Part shown: positions 29,279 to 38,451 of the stretch, piece after piece | Layout of the letters: each line of letters begins with the position of its first letter | How positions within the stretch are numbered: position 1 is the first letter of the stretch | From: an uncultured Verrucomicrobiota bacterium | Lineage (GTDB): Bacteria > Verrucomicrobiota > Kiritimatiellia > JAAZAB01 | DNA: 64,000 bases | NCBI GenBank assembly: GCA_964444425.1 | Contig: CAYUHK010000001.1 | Span: 119,976-183,975, forward strand | Reading direction: 5' to 3' | Notes under the pieces: generated by a model | Databases searched by the model: none | Told to the model about the DNA's origin: nothing | Seen by the model: the letters and a program-made list of their open reading frames with translations, nothing else | Made by a program: the position numbers and the translations under genes

Positions 29279-30013
29279 ATGAGCAACAGAGATTTTTTTG
29301 ATGACGATTTAATTCAACGCCGGGACGCCGTCCAGGAAGTTAAAATGGGACCGGAATACAATACTGATTTGGCAGCCGATGCTCCGAAATCCGGACCCGT
29401 GCTAGTTCAAGATTTAAACCTAACGCCGCTGACTCAACGTAAAGAAGAAATCAATGGCCAAGTTGCTTCCAAACTAGATGAATTGGAGCGCTTACGCTCA
29501 CGCCAAGAAGCGCTAGAGCGAGAAAAAAGCTCCTTGGAGCATTTGCGTAGCAATCAAGAGAAATACGAAGCTGGCAAACGTGAAATGCTTGATCATCTCC
29601 AACAAAGCCTGGTATCGCTAGAGCGTGAAGGCATCTTGCTTAACCAACGTTTAGAGCTATTAACGAATACTGAAAAACGCTTTAAAGAGCTGTTATCAGG
29701 CATCCAAAAATTCAACGAAGAACAATGGCCTACAGACAGCGTTGGCTTTCGTGAAGAACTTACCAAGGCCCTAGCGGTAATTGATAATAGCCGTAAGGAA
29801 TACAATAAAGATCTGGCACGAGTAGATGTCCTGCGAGAGAACCGCAATGGCATGCTTCCGGAAGACCGGACGCTCTTTTATAATGATATTGCCGGACAAC
29901 CGGCGCGCACGCGCAGTTTTAGTGAATGGATGCTAATCGGCCTGGCGGTCAGCCTACCGGTTGCAATAGTATTAGCGGTATTGATCGGAGTTCTACTGGT
30001 CAAATTATATTAA
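29279..30013 (+). CDS. Tail-anchored coiled-coil membrane protein (uncharacterised)
   Basis: About 200 aa of heptad-rich, charged sequence, then a single TM (WMLIGLAVSLPVAIVLAVLIGVLLV) 3 aa from the C-terminus. Strong GAGGAGG SD 5 nt before ATG 29279. Confidence 0.65.
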   Translation: MSNRDFFDDDLIQRRDAVQEVKMGPEYNTDLAADAPKSGPVLVQDLNLTPLTQRKEEINGQVASKLDELERLRSRQEALEREKSSLEHLRSNQEKYEAGKREMLDHLQQSLVSLEREGILLNQRLELLTNTEKRFKELLSGIQKFNEEQWPTDSVGFREELTKALAVIDNSRKEYNKDLARVDVLRENRNGMLPEDRTLFYNDIAGQPARTRSFSEWMLIGLAVSLPVAIVLAVLIGVLLVKLY

Positions 30014-30066
30014 AGCTTGATCTCAAGGCTTAAGCTGATAACCAACCGAGCTGATTGGTCTAAACC

Positions 30067-30531
30067 ATGGTACTCAAACAAAAAAAAGGATCTCTCATTG
30101 ATCGTCGGCTTAAAGATCTCCATAAAGAGCTCAAACGGGTAGACCAAGATCTTAAAAAAGTTACGCGATTCAACCCGGCTTCTGCTTGGCCACCACGCAG
30201 CAAGACATTTCCGGGCGCCGCAGAGGCGGTTGCGGCCGTGGCTAAGCAGCCTGCGGATGATTTGTTCGCCCATGCAGCCGACAGCACGACCATTACCAAA
30301 ACGGAAGATCTCACCGCAGATCCAATTTCGAACGCCGCAACGGCCAGCCTAACAACTCACCATCAAAGAACTGGGAGAGAGAAATTCGCCCATTATTTTA
30401 TGGCTGGCCATTTTCCCAATTTACACCCTTCTAGGCAGGAGCACCGAATAGTGCGTAACAAGGCTATTTTGATGTTGCTGGCCCTAGCACTCTTATTGAC
30501 CTGGCTGTTATATTATTTACGCAGCCATTAA
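30067..30531 (+). CDS. Small tail-anchored membrane protein (uncharacterised)
   Basis: Basic N-terminal helix, Ala-rich linker, and C-terminal TM AILMLLALALLLTWLLYYL. No clear SD, and antisense ORFs of similar size exist, so coding status is less certain. Confidence 0.45.
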   Translation: MVLKQKKGSLIDRRLKDLHKELKRVDQDLKKVTRFNPASAWPPRSKTFPGAAEAVAAVAKQPADDLFAHAADSTTITKTEDLTADPISNAATASLTTHHQRTGREKFAHYFMAGHFPNLHPSRQEHRIVRNKAILMLLALALLLTWLLYYLRSH

Positions 30532-30585
30532 AACATGCCTGGGGTAACAGCGGCCCTGGATAAAAACAATAAGGAGAATCTAATT

Positions 30586-31539
30586 ATGAAAACCATCGGA
30601 TTTATCTCCATCCTGGCGCTGGCCTCTACGCTCATGGCCATGGAACCCACGCGGGTAGCATTATTGGATTTTGATAACCATGCCAGCGTGCCGGCCGATA
30701 CGCTATTGCTTGGCGACATCACTCCACAAAAGCTTGCCGATAAAGGGGTTTTTGCTCTAAGCGCCGTCTTGGCCAACAATCCGGCCTATGTGCTTATTGA
30801 TCGCCGGGATTTTATTAACCAAATTCAAGCACTGACCTTAAGCGATCAAGATAAAAAAATCTCGCTTAAGCCATCTTTTTTACATGCAGCTCAGGCGCTC
30901 AATGCCGATATCGTTCTGCGCGGAAACCTGCTGAGCTACGCGCCCGGCAAGGAAGTGATCAATCAAGGCGGCTTCAAAACTGAATTTCAAACCTTGACCC
31001 TGCGGGTGGCTATTCAAGCGCTGGACACCAGCGACGGCGCAATCATCGCCATGCTTGAAGGAACGGCCAATCGTAGCTTTCGCCAGACCGAAGCCCATCA
31101 AACAGTTGTTGGCGAAGATGAGCTCGTGCAGTTATTGCAGACAGCTTTAAGCAAGGCGGCACAGGGCTTGAACGAGAAACTGCAAGCGCGCCTGGAACAA
31201 CAAAATAGCCGAGCGAAGGTCAAGCTTTCGATTACCACCGGCCCAACCGACCCCGCGTTAGTAGAAATTGACGGCATGCTAATCGGCACAACTCCGCTGA
31301 CGGGCTTCCAACTATATGCCGGCGACCACGTGATCAGCATTGGCAAAGCCGGCTACCAAGATGTCAGCAAACAGATCATGCTCAAAACCGATACGACCAT
31401 CGAAGTGCCGCTCTTCCGTTCCAAATTAAGTGCCGAGGAAATGAAAGAAGTGTTGGATAAAGCGCGTGTCAATTTCGTTGCCGGCAGCGGCCTCGAGCCG
31501 GCTTGGATTATAAATACCATTGATGTTTCCGAAAAATAA
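30586..31539 (+). CDS. Secreted protein with a CsgG/LpoB-like N-terminal module and a C-terminal PEGA domain
   Basis: Signal peptide MKTIGFISILALASTLMA. RVALLDFDNHA...VLIDRRDFINQIQ resembles the N-terminal fold pattern of CsgG/LpoB-type lipoproteins. PEGA-like VEIDGMLIGTTPL...GDHVISIGKAGYQDVSKQIML. AAGGAG SD before ATG 30586. Confidence 0.65.
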   Translation: MKTIGFISILALASTLMAMEPTRVALLDFDNHASVPADTLLLGDITPQKLADKGVFALSAVLANNPAYVLIDRRDFINQIQALTLSDQDKKISLKPSFLHAAQALNADIVLRGNLLSYAPGKEVINQGGFKTEFQTLTLRVAIQALDTSDGAIIAMLEGTANRSFRQTEAHQTVVGEDELVQLLQTALSKAAQGLNEKLQARLEQQNSRAKVKLSITTGPTDPALVEIDGMLIGTTPLTGFQLYAGDHVISIGKAGYQDVSKQIMLKTDTTIEVPLFRSKLSAEEMKEVLDKARVNFVAGSGLEPAWIINTIDVSEK

Positions 31540-31551
31540 GCAGCGCGGCGG

Positions 31552-32712
31552 CTAGTTGATATTATCACGGCAGAAAGCGATGTAGATGTTGGCGCGCCGG
31601 GCAGCTGGCTTAATCTTGATGGTTTTGCCAGTTGAAAACACCACATTGACCTCGTCGAGATTGCTGGGGCAAGAAACCCGTGCTACTTCAAGCCATAAGG
31701 GTAAAGTCTCCCAGCGGCGGCAGTCGGGGCTTTCCATTGCAAAAAGCAAGAAGGCGGACAGAAATCCCAGCATTTCATTTTGCTGTCTTATAGCTTCGGA
31801 TATACCGATCTTCAAAGCCAGCCGAGTGGTGCTCTTGGCCAGCTCAATCATCGCTTCACGCTTTTCAGTGGCCGCGATCAAATCTGCCGTATTGGCTAGC
31901 GGATAACTGCGCCCTAGATAATGATTGGCATAATAAATTTCAGCATATGGTGGCGGCGCTGCCGGCGGAGCGCTATGGCTTTGATTGCCGGGAGGAATGC
32001 GCCCGATAAGCACAAAACATATCAATTCGTTACGCCATTCTTTATGCGCCGGAATAGGCTGCAGGTCTGGGAGCCCTTCGATATGCAGTCGCCCGTTAGC
32101 TGCATCCACTAGACAATCTGGCAATAGCTTGGCAATCGTCTTGTATTGAATGGCAGCGTTACCCGCATCGTTGATAAGTTCTAGGCAAAAACCGGCCATG
32201 TAGCGACAATAGGGAATGTCAGGATAGCCGTCGTTATCCTCAAGCTGGCGGATTATATTGCGAGCACAGATTGCGGCATAGTCCCAGTTTTGCTGAGCTA
32301 AATAATTTTTAGCTAAAAATGTAAAAAGCAAAGTTCGCTCAAAGGGAGCGCCGCGAAAAGAAAGCGCGCGGTCATTAACCACCAAGCTAGCGGCACCTTG
32401 CGATACGCTATATGTTTCCAATGAGGTGTCCAGATCAGCCGCTTGGCGCCAATCAGTTGAGCTGGCATCATATTCCTGCAGGGATTGGCGGATCATTCCG
32501 CGTTCCATTAGATATAAAACGCTATCCTTATCGTTTTCTGGAATAACAGCTAAATCGTGATCGGCTTGTTGAAAACGGCCATGATGAAAATTATTACGAG
32601 CGGCTTGCAGCGGCGGAGTAGTGCAGCCGGTCAGAAACCCAAGCGCCAAGACAGCGCCACAGCCACGCCAAGCCGTATAGCTATTGATAAAAAAGCGTAA
32701 TCGGAAACGCAT
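31552..32712 (-). CDS. TPR-like lipoprotein (COG3014-like, uncharacterised)
   Basis: Lipobox FLTGC. The pattern LYLMERGMIRQ...VNDRALSFRGAPFERTLLFTFLAKNYL resembles the uncharacterised COG3014 lipoprotein family as I recall it. Confidence 0.55.
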   Translation of the reverse strand: MRFRLRFFINSYTAWRGCGAVLALGFLTGCTTPPLQAARNNFHHGRFQQADHDLAVIPENDKDSVLYLMERGMIRQSLQEYDASSTDWRQAADLDTSLETYSVSQGAASLVVNDRALSFRGAPFERTLLFTFLAKNYLAQQNWDYAAICARNIIRQLEDNDGYPDIPYCRYMAGFCLELINDAGNAAIQYKTIAKLLPDCLVDAANGRLHIEGLPDLQPIPAHKEWRNELICFVLIGRIPPGNQSHSAPPAAPPPYAEIYYANHYLGRSYPLANTADLIAATEKREAMIELAKSTTRLALKIGISEAIRQQNEMLGFLSAFLLFAMESPDCRRWETLPLWLEVARVSCPSNLDEVNVVFSTGKTIKIKPAARRANIYIAFCRDNIN

Positions 32713-32811
32713 GAGCTATACCCTTGACCCGCATAAGATAACCGCGCTGGCCAGCAACAAGCGAAGGCGTGCTAGCACAAAAATTTAGGCGTAAAAACGG
32801 CTAGTATAGAC

Positions 32812-33432
32812 TTACCAGCCGATCAATGGCTTGCGCGCCTCGCGAGCAAATTCCTTTGTTGTGGACCAGGCGATGATGCCGGTTTCTAGGTCAGTGATGT
32901 CAAAGGTCAACTGATAATATACCAGTTGCGATTTGGATACGCGGACCTGGCGGCCAGTTTCTTTCTTCATCTCCACTAGGGCACCTGTCATCATATGCTT
33001 GGCACCCAATTGCCTGCCGACAGCAACACGCGTTTCATCCGTGGCGTTGGCCGCCTGGTAACCCTGTTCCTTCATCAACTCTTGCCGGCGGCTTTCGTTT
33101 ACAAATTTAATTTTACTGCTCTGCATCAGAGTGGTCCGGATGCGATCCGTAAGCGCTTGGGTATCAACAAAGGTTTCTGTCCGAGGCTGAACGCCATAAA
33201 TGATCATGATGGGGTCGGCCGGCAGATTTTGGACAAACGTGCTAGCAGCGATCTCGCTGGCTATCTGCTCGCTTAACTTACGTAAATCTTGTGGCCCATA
33301 GCTAGCGTCAAAAGCTGGCAGCTTAGTGACATCATCATCTTTGACCTTAACTCGAAACATAGCGCAGCCACTTTGGCTCAACATGATTAAGCCGGCTAAA
33401 AGGATTAGGATTGCCCGTGACATAATATGCAT
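32812..33432 (-). CDS. LpoB-like (COG3417) outer-membrane lipoprotein, putative penicillin-binding-protein activator
   Basis: Lipobox LSQSGC. IMIIYGVQPRTETFVDTQALTDRIRTTLMQSSKIKFVNE and GAKHMMTGAL resemble LpoB. ATG 33432 with GGAG 6 nt upstream is preferred over the ORF-track start 33468. Confidence 0.6.
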   Translation of the reverse strand: MHIMSRAILILLAGLIMLSQSGCAMFRVKVKDDDVTKLPAFDASYGPQDLRKLSEQIASEIAASTFVQNLPADPIMIIYGVQPRTETFVDTQALTDRIRTTLMQSSKIKFVNESRRQELMKEQGYQAANATDETRVAVGRQLGAKHMMTGALVEMKKETGRQVRVSKSQLVYYQLTFDITDLETGIIAWSTTKEFAREARKPLIGW

Positions 33433-33640
33433 ATGCTGCTCCATTTTATCTAAAGGGTTCCCTCTCAAAACCTAGAATTGAATAATGGTGGCCTTTTAAG
33501 CAGGAGAAGTCAATATCCTGTTTGCTTCAGCACTTGCCTTTCAGGACCTCAATAGCTCGGCTCTAGATAATAAAGCCGACTGTTGGCCCAATGTCGATTT
33601 GGGCAGATACGTCCTGGTCTTTTCGGTTGCAAGTTTATAC

Positions 33641-35011
33641 TTACAGCGCCGGCGGTTTCGGAAATTTCTCAAGCACGCGCAAAGATTCCTGTAAAGCTTG
33701 CTCCGGCAAGGCAGCATCCATAAGCTTGCCCGTCTGAAATGCGGAGTAGCCAGTTAGATCCATGAGCCCATGCCCGGACCAGTTGAACAGAATAACCCTT
33801 TCCTTGCCCTCTTCTTTTGCTCGAGTGGCCTCCTGGGCAGCCGCCATGATGGCGTGGGCAGTCTCTGGAGCCGGGATAAAGCCCTCGGTGTTGGCCCATA
33901 GCACGGCCATTTTATAGCACTCGAGCTGCTGGAGAGAGCGGGCCTCAATCAGGCCTTCGCGCATGACATGGCTTACCAGCGGAGCCATACCATGATAGCG
34001 CAATCCTCCAGCATGAATCGGCTGCGGCACGAAGCCATGGCCAAGACTATGCATCGGCAGCAAGGGAGTCATCATAGCCACATCACCTGAGTCATAGACA
34101 AAGGGGCCGCGCGTCAGAGTCGGACAAGCGGAAGGCTCAACTGCCAGCAGGCGCACGTCGCGCCCGTGGATTTTATCGCAGATGAACGGAAAACTGATGC
34201 CAGCAAAATTTGATCCTCCCCCTACGCAGCCAATGACGACATCGGGATACTCGTTGATTTTCTCCATTTGTTTTTTGGCCTCCAAACCGATAATGGTCTG
34301 GTGCATAAGAACATGGTTTAAAACGCTCCCAAGCGAATAACGAGTATCCTGGGAAGCCACAGCGTCTTCGATTGCCTCGCTAATGGCGATGGCCAAGCTG
34401 CCGGGAGTATCGGGCATTTTGGCAAGGATTTCGCGGCCGGTCTTGGTCTGATCGCTGGGGCTAGCTACGCAATCCGCTCCCCATACGTTCATCATCATTT
34501 TGCGCAGCGGTTTTTGAACAAAACTGATCTTCACCATATATACTTTACAAGCCAGGTCGAATAGCTTGCATGCGAAGGCCAACGCGCTGCCCCACTGGCC
34601 CGCGCCAGTTTCGGTGGTGAGGCGTTTAATCCCAAAAACCTTATTGTAATAAGCCTGTGCCACAGCCGTGTTAGGCTTGTGGCTGCCAGCCGGCGAGCAG
34701 CCTTCATTCTTATAATAGATGCGCGCTGGCGTGCCCAACGCCTTCTCAAAATTACGCGCTCGGCAGAGAGGCGTGGGATGCCAAAGCATAAGTTTTTCAA
34801 GCACCTCCTCGGGGATATCTATCCAGCGCTGCGTGCTAACCTCCTGCTCGATTAGGTTCATCGGAAATATTGCTGCCAGCGCATCCGGCCCAATCGGGCG
34901 GCCATCTTTATCAACCGGCGGTGGCAGCGGATGGGGCAGATCGGCCTGGATATTATACCATTGCTTAGGCATTTCCTTCTCGTCCAAAAACACCTTAATA
35001 GTCTTGCTCAT
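33641..35011 (-). CDS. Tryptophan synthase beta-chain-like protein, TrpB2 type (standalone)
   Basis: 456 aa. PLP-lysine motif [16 protein letters not shown], and the long N-terminal extension typical of TrpB2. No trpA or other trp genes in the window. Confidence 0.85.
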   Translation of the reverse strand: MSKTIKVFLDEKEMPKQWYNIQADLPHPLPPPVDKDGRPIGPDALAAIFPMNLIEQEVSTQRWIDIPEEVLEKLMLWHPTPLCRARNFEKALGTPARIYYKNEGCSPAGSHKPNTAVAQAYYNKVFGIKRLTTETGAGQWGSALAFACKLFDLACKVYMVKISFVQKPLRKMMMNVWGADCVASPSDQTKTGREILAKMPDTPGSLAIAISEAIEDAVASQDTRYSLGSVLNHVLMHQTIIGLEAKKQMEKINEYPDVVIGCVGGGSNFAGISFPFICDKIHGRDVRLLAVEPSACPTLTRGPFVYDSGDVAMMTPLLPMHSLGHGFVPQPIHAGGLRYHGMAPLVSHVMREGLIEARSLQQLECYKMAVLWANTEGFIPAPETAHAIMAAAQEATRAKEEGKERVILFNWSGHGLMDLTGYSAFQTGKLMDAALPEQALQESLRVLEKFPKPPAL

Positions 35012-35140
35012 TATTACTCCCTTTCTAGCCGGTTATTTCGTGTTCAGACGCGCCAGCCGCAGCCTCAGCAGACCCATTGATGGCGCGTTCAATCCAGCAG
35101 GTCCTTAATTTTGTTTCTATATATAAGATCAGGCCGCGTG

Positions 35141-35169
35141 ATCATACTGCTAGCGCGTATGTCATTCAA
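35141..35169 (-). promoter_or_regulatory. Putative sigma-70 promoter of trpB2 (TTGAAT-17 nt-TATGAT)
   Basis: Minus strand: -35 TTGAAT (35169-35164), 17-nt spacer, -10 TATGAT (35146-35141). Predicts a leader of about 120 nt. Confidence 0.45.
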
Positions 35170-35339
35170 GCCATAATTAATTTCTTATCCGCCAGGCAAA
35201 AATTTTAGCTTGCCGACGACGTTCTCAACTATTTTTGGCCTACTAAAATAATGCCTCCTCTAGTCGCCTTATCTTAGCGGTTAACCTGCGCTGAGCAAAT
35301 GCCAGTCTATTGATATTGTTGATTGTTTGTAATTGTTGA

Positions 35340-35368
35340 TTGACAAAACAAAGTGCGTTAGATATTTT
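35340..35368 (+). promoter_or_regulatory. Putative sigma-70 promoter of rplM-rpsI (TTGACA-17 nt-TATTTT)
   Basis: Consensus -35 TTGACA at 35340-35345 and -10 TATTTT at 35363-35368. Preceded by a duplicated ATTGTTGATTG motif (315-325 and 332-342 of the 35,000 block). Confidence 0.5.
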
Positions 35369-35397
35369 TCTGCTTTCTTTTAACGGGAAGGTTCCTT

Positions 35398-35826
35398 ATG
35401 AAAACTACGTTGCCGCGGGAATCGGATATCACCCGCGCTTGGTATTTGGTTAACGCCGCGGACAAGGTTCTGGGTCGCTTGGCAGTTAAGATCGCTAATA
35501 TAATCAGGGGCAAAACCAAGCCGACTTTTGCGCCGCATCTGGATGTCGGCGATTACGTTATTGTCATAAATGCCCGTAAAGTTAAACTGACGGGGAGAAA
35601 GAACGAACAAAAAATCTACGCGAGTTATTCCGGCTACCGCGGGGGACATAAGGAGGTAAAGGCCTCAACGGTTCGTCAGCGCTACCCAGAGCAGATGATT
35701 TACGACGCCGTTAGACGCATGTTACCTAAAAACCGATTAATGCGAAAAGTATTTTTAAGGCTAAAAGTATATCCCGAGGCCGAGCATCCTCATGCCGCTC
35801 AGAACCCCCAGATCATTGAGTGTTAA
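35398..35826 (+). CDS. rplM: 50S ribosomal protein L13
   Basis: 142 aa. WYLVNAADKVLGRLAVKIANIIRGK and GYRGG motifs. Followed by rpsI. Confidence 0.95.
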   Translation: MKTTLPRESDITRAWYLVNAADKVLGRLAVKIANIIRGKTKPTFAPHLDVGDYVIVINARKVKLTGRKNEQKIYASYSGYRGGHKEVKASTVRQRYPEQMIYDAVRRMLPKNRLMRKVFLRLKVYPEAEHPHAAQNPQIIEC

Positions 35827-35846
35827 TTAGGCAAAAGGAGACAATC

Positions 35847-36245
35847 GTGACCACGCCGAAATCCGAATTTATTGCTACTGGGCGCCGAAAAACCGCAGTG
35901 GCTAACGTACGGCTACGTGCTGGGACAGGCCGGCTGACCATCAACAGCCGAGATTATAAGAAATATTTTCCAATGGCGCCAATCCGTAATTTTATCCTAC
36001 AGCCACTTAAACTTACCAACACAGATACGCAATTTGATATCCAAGCTAAGCTGCATGGCGGTGGAATTGTAGGCCAGGCTGGCGCCCTGCGTCATGGTAT
36101 TGCTCGCGCTTTGATAGCCTATGACGGATCCTTGCGTAAAGTGCTGAAAAGCAGCGGATTTCTTACCAGAGACTCGCGTGTCAAGGAGCGCAAAAAAACG
36201 GGGCAACCGGGCGCGCGCAAGCGTTTTCAGTTTTCAAAACGCTAG
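35847..36245 (+). CDS. rpsI: 30S ribosomal protein S9
   Basis: GRRKTAVANVRL...GGGIVGQAGALRHGIARAL...RDSRVKERKKTGQPGARKRFQFSKR. GTG 35847 with AAGGAG 6 nt upstream is preferred over the ORF-track start 35820. Confidence 0.93.
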   Translation: MTTPKSEFIATGRRKTAVANVRLRAGTGRLTINSRDYKKYFPMAPIRNFILQPLKLTNTDTQFDIQAKLHGGGIVGQAGALRHGIARALIAYDGSLRKVLKSSGFLTRDSRVKERKKTGQPGARKRFQFSKR

Positions 36246-36354
36246 GCTTATTCGCGAGCTAGCCGCTTTTCTTGCCAAGCCATTCAGCCAATACTCTTAC
36301 AAAGGCCACTGGGCTATTCTGTTTAGCGGAATTGATTGATAAGCATTAAAGCTT

Positions 36355-37566
36355 GTGAAGACTAAATTCATCCAAATCGAAGGCCATATCACTTCGCCCC
36401 CTGGATTCCGCAGCGCCGGCATTGCAGCTGGCATCAAGCTTGATAAAAAAGACATGGCTTTGATCCTCTCGGATAGGCCCTGTTGCGCAGCCGGGGTATA
36501 TACCACCAACCGCATTCAGGCTGCGCCGGTACAGCTTTGCCGACAACGCACGCCGGGCAATAATATTCGCGCCATAATCATCAATAGCGGCAATGCCAAC
36601 GCCTGCACTGGCCCCCAGGGTTTACGCGATGCCATAACTATGGCAGAACTGACCGGCGCGCGGCTGAGTCTGGATCCCTCCAGCGTGTTGACATGTTCCA
36701 CCGGCACCATCGGACGCCCTCTGCCAATGGATCTGATTGCCAAAGGCATAGATTTGGCCGCCAACGCCCTATCGCCGACCGGCGGACCGGATGCGGCCAC
36801 GGCCATTATGACCACCGACACTCGCTCTAAACAGATTGCGCTGCAATGCATTATTGACGGCCAACCGATCACCATCGGTGCGATGGCCAAGGGCGCAGGC
36901 ATGATTCATCCCATGCTGGCTACTCTTTTAGTGTTTCTAACTACCGATGCTGCCGTGGAGCTCAACGCCCTGCAAGCTTGTTTGACGGCAGCTGTGGATA
37001 AAAGCTTTAATCGAATTTCTGTGGATGGCGATCGCAGCACTAACGACACCGTTCTTTTTCTGGCCAATGGGCTTGCCGGCAATGTGCCGCTGCAGCCAGG
37101 CCGACCAAACTGGAATGCCTTTCGTGCAGCAGTAAATGAAGCCACTCGCCAGCTGGCATTGATGATCGTCAAGGATGGTGAAGGTGCCACTAAATTAGTA
37201 TTAATCCGAGTTAAAGGAGCACCTGGTCGCCGAGCAGCCAATGCCGTCGCTCGGGCTGTGGCAAACTCCTTGTTGGTGAAAACATCCTGGTTTGGAGCCG
37301 ATCCCAACTGGGGACGCGTGATCTGCGCCATTGGCTATTCGGGCGCGCCCATCCAGCCGGAATTAATTGATATTGCTTACAATGGCCACTTGGCCGTCAA
37401 GCAGGGCCAAGACGCTGGGCTGGCGCCCGAAGTGCTGCGTGGTATTTTGCTCCAGCCGGAATTCAGCATTGACATTGATCTACACCTCGGTCAATCATCA
37501 TATTTTATGTATGCCAGCGATTGCAGCGAGCGCTACGTACAGATCAATGCCTCTTACATGACTTGA
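36355..37566 (+). CDS. argJ: Bifunctional ornithine acetyltransferase / N-acetylglutamate synthase
   Basis: 403 aa. MTTDT motif and self-cleavage site context HPMLATLLVFLTTDA. Confidence 0.9.
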   Translation: MKTKFIQIEGHITSPPGFRSAGIAAGIKLDKKDMALILSDRPCCAAGVYTTNRIQAAPVQLCRQRTPGNNIRAIIINSGNANACTGPQGLRDAITMAELTGARLSLDPSSVLTCSTGTIGRPLPMDLIAKGIDLAANALSPTGGPDAATAIMTTDTRSKQIALQCIIDGQPITIGAMAKGAGMIHPMLATLLVFLTTDAAVELNALQACLTAAVDKSFNRISVDGDRSTNDTVLFLANGLAGNVPLQPGRPNWNAFRAAVNEATRQLALMIVKDGEGATKLVLIRVKGAPGRRAANAVARAVANSLLVKTSWFGADPNWGRVICAIGYSGAPIQPELIDIAYNGHLAVKQGQDAGLAPEVLRGILLQPEFSIDIDLHLGQSSYFMYASDCSERYVQINASYMT

Positions 37567-37578
37567 TTGGCGGCTACC

Positions 37579-38451
37579 ATGAAAACGATCATTGAAAAGG
37601 CTGATATCCTCATCGAGGCCATGCCCTATATTCGCGCATTTCGTGGCGAGGCCATCATCATCAAGTTTGGAGGCAGTGCCATGGAAGACAAAACATGTCA
37701 CGATGGGATCCTCGGCGACGCCGCATTTTTGGAGTGCGCCGGACTGAAACCTGTAATCGTTCATGGCGGGGGCCGGGCGATTTCACGGCGAATGACCGAG
37801 GCAGGAATCAAAGCCAATTTTATCAATGGGCTACGCGTAACCGATGCTACCGTTATTCGCCTAGTCGAGGAAGTCATGAATCACCAGGTCAATGTTGAAC
37901 TGGTAGAGACCCTGATTGCTTGCGGGGCGCAGGCTACGGGCATCCAAGGCCCCAGCATCCTGCGAGCTGAAAAATTCATGCCGCCCGATCGCCAGACCCG
38001 CCAAGCTCTCGATTTGGGATTCGTGGGCCAAGTTACCGGCGTGGACATCTCTCCGATTCAAGCCTGCCTGCGCGCCGGACTGATACCTGTTATCACGCCT
38101 CTGGGGCGCGACAGTGCCGGCACAATTTATAACATCAATGCCGATGACGCCGCCGCCGCCATAGCTCGGGCGTTGCCTGCTCGCAAACTAGTCTTCCTCT
38201 CGGATGTGCCTGGGCTACTTAAAGATCGGGAAGACCCGCACTCGGTGATTTCCACGCTTAGCCGCAACGATGTTGATAAGCTGATTCACTGCGGCACCAT
38301 TGATGGAGGAATGCTGCCCAAAATACAGGGTGCCCTCGACGCTCTAACAGCGGGCGTCGGCAAAGTCCATATTATTGATGGACGCACCCCCCACTCATTA
38401 TTGCTAGAAATATTCACAGATAAAGGCATTGGAACGGAGATAGTGCAATGA
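37579..38451 (+). CDS. argB: Acetylglutamate kinase
   Basis: IIKFGGSAM, VHGGG and INADDAAAAIA motifs. ATG 37579 is preferred over the ORF-track TTG 37567. Confidence 0.9.
   Translation: MKTIIEKADILIEAMPYIRAFRGEAIIIKFGGSAMEDKTCHDGILGDAAFLECAGLKPVIVHGGGRAISRRMTEAGIKANFINGLRVTDATVIRLVEEVMNHQVNVELVETLIACGAQATGIQGPSILRAEKFMPPDRQTRQALDLGFVGQVTGVDISPIQACLRAGLIPVITPLGRDSAGTIYNINADDAAAAIARALPARKLVFLSDVPGLLKDREDPHSVISTLSRNDVDKLIHCGTIDGGMLPKIQGALDALTAGVGKVHIIDGRTPHSLLLEIFTDKGIGTEIVQ

Noticed and set aside
30080-30087. A8 homopolymer tracts near the 5' ends of genes (also 9853-9860 and around 28836) as phase-variation switches
   Set aside because: The runs are short and encode Lys-rich stretches. Several occur in the window, which is consistent with composition and Lys codon usage rather than contingency loci.
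35056-35100. 14-codon mini-ORF MGLLRLRLARLNTK in the trpB2 leader as a classical Trp attenuation leader peptide
   Set aside because: It contains no Trp codons and has no SD. A Leu/Arg-rich peptide does not fit tryptophan attenuation and may be fortuitous.
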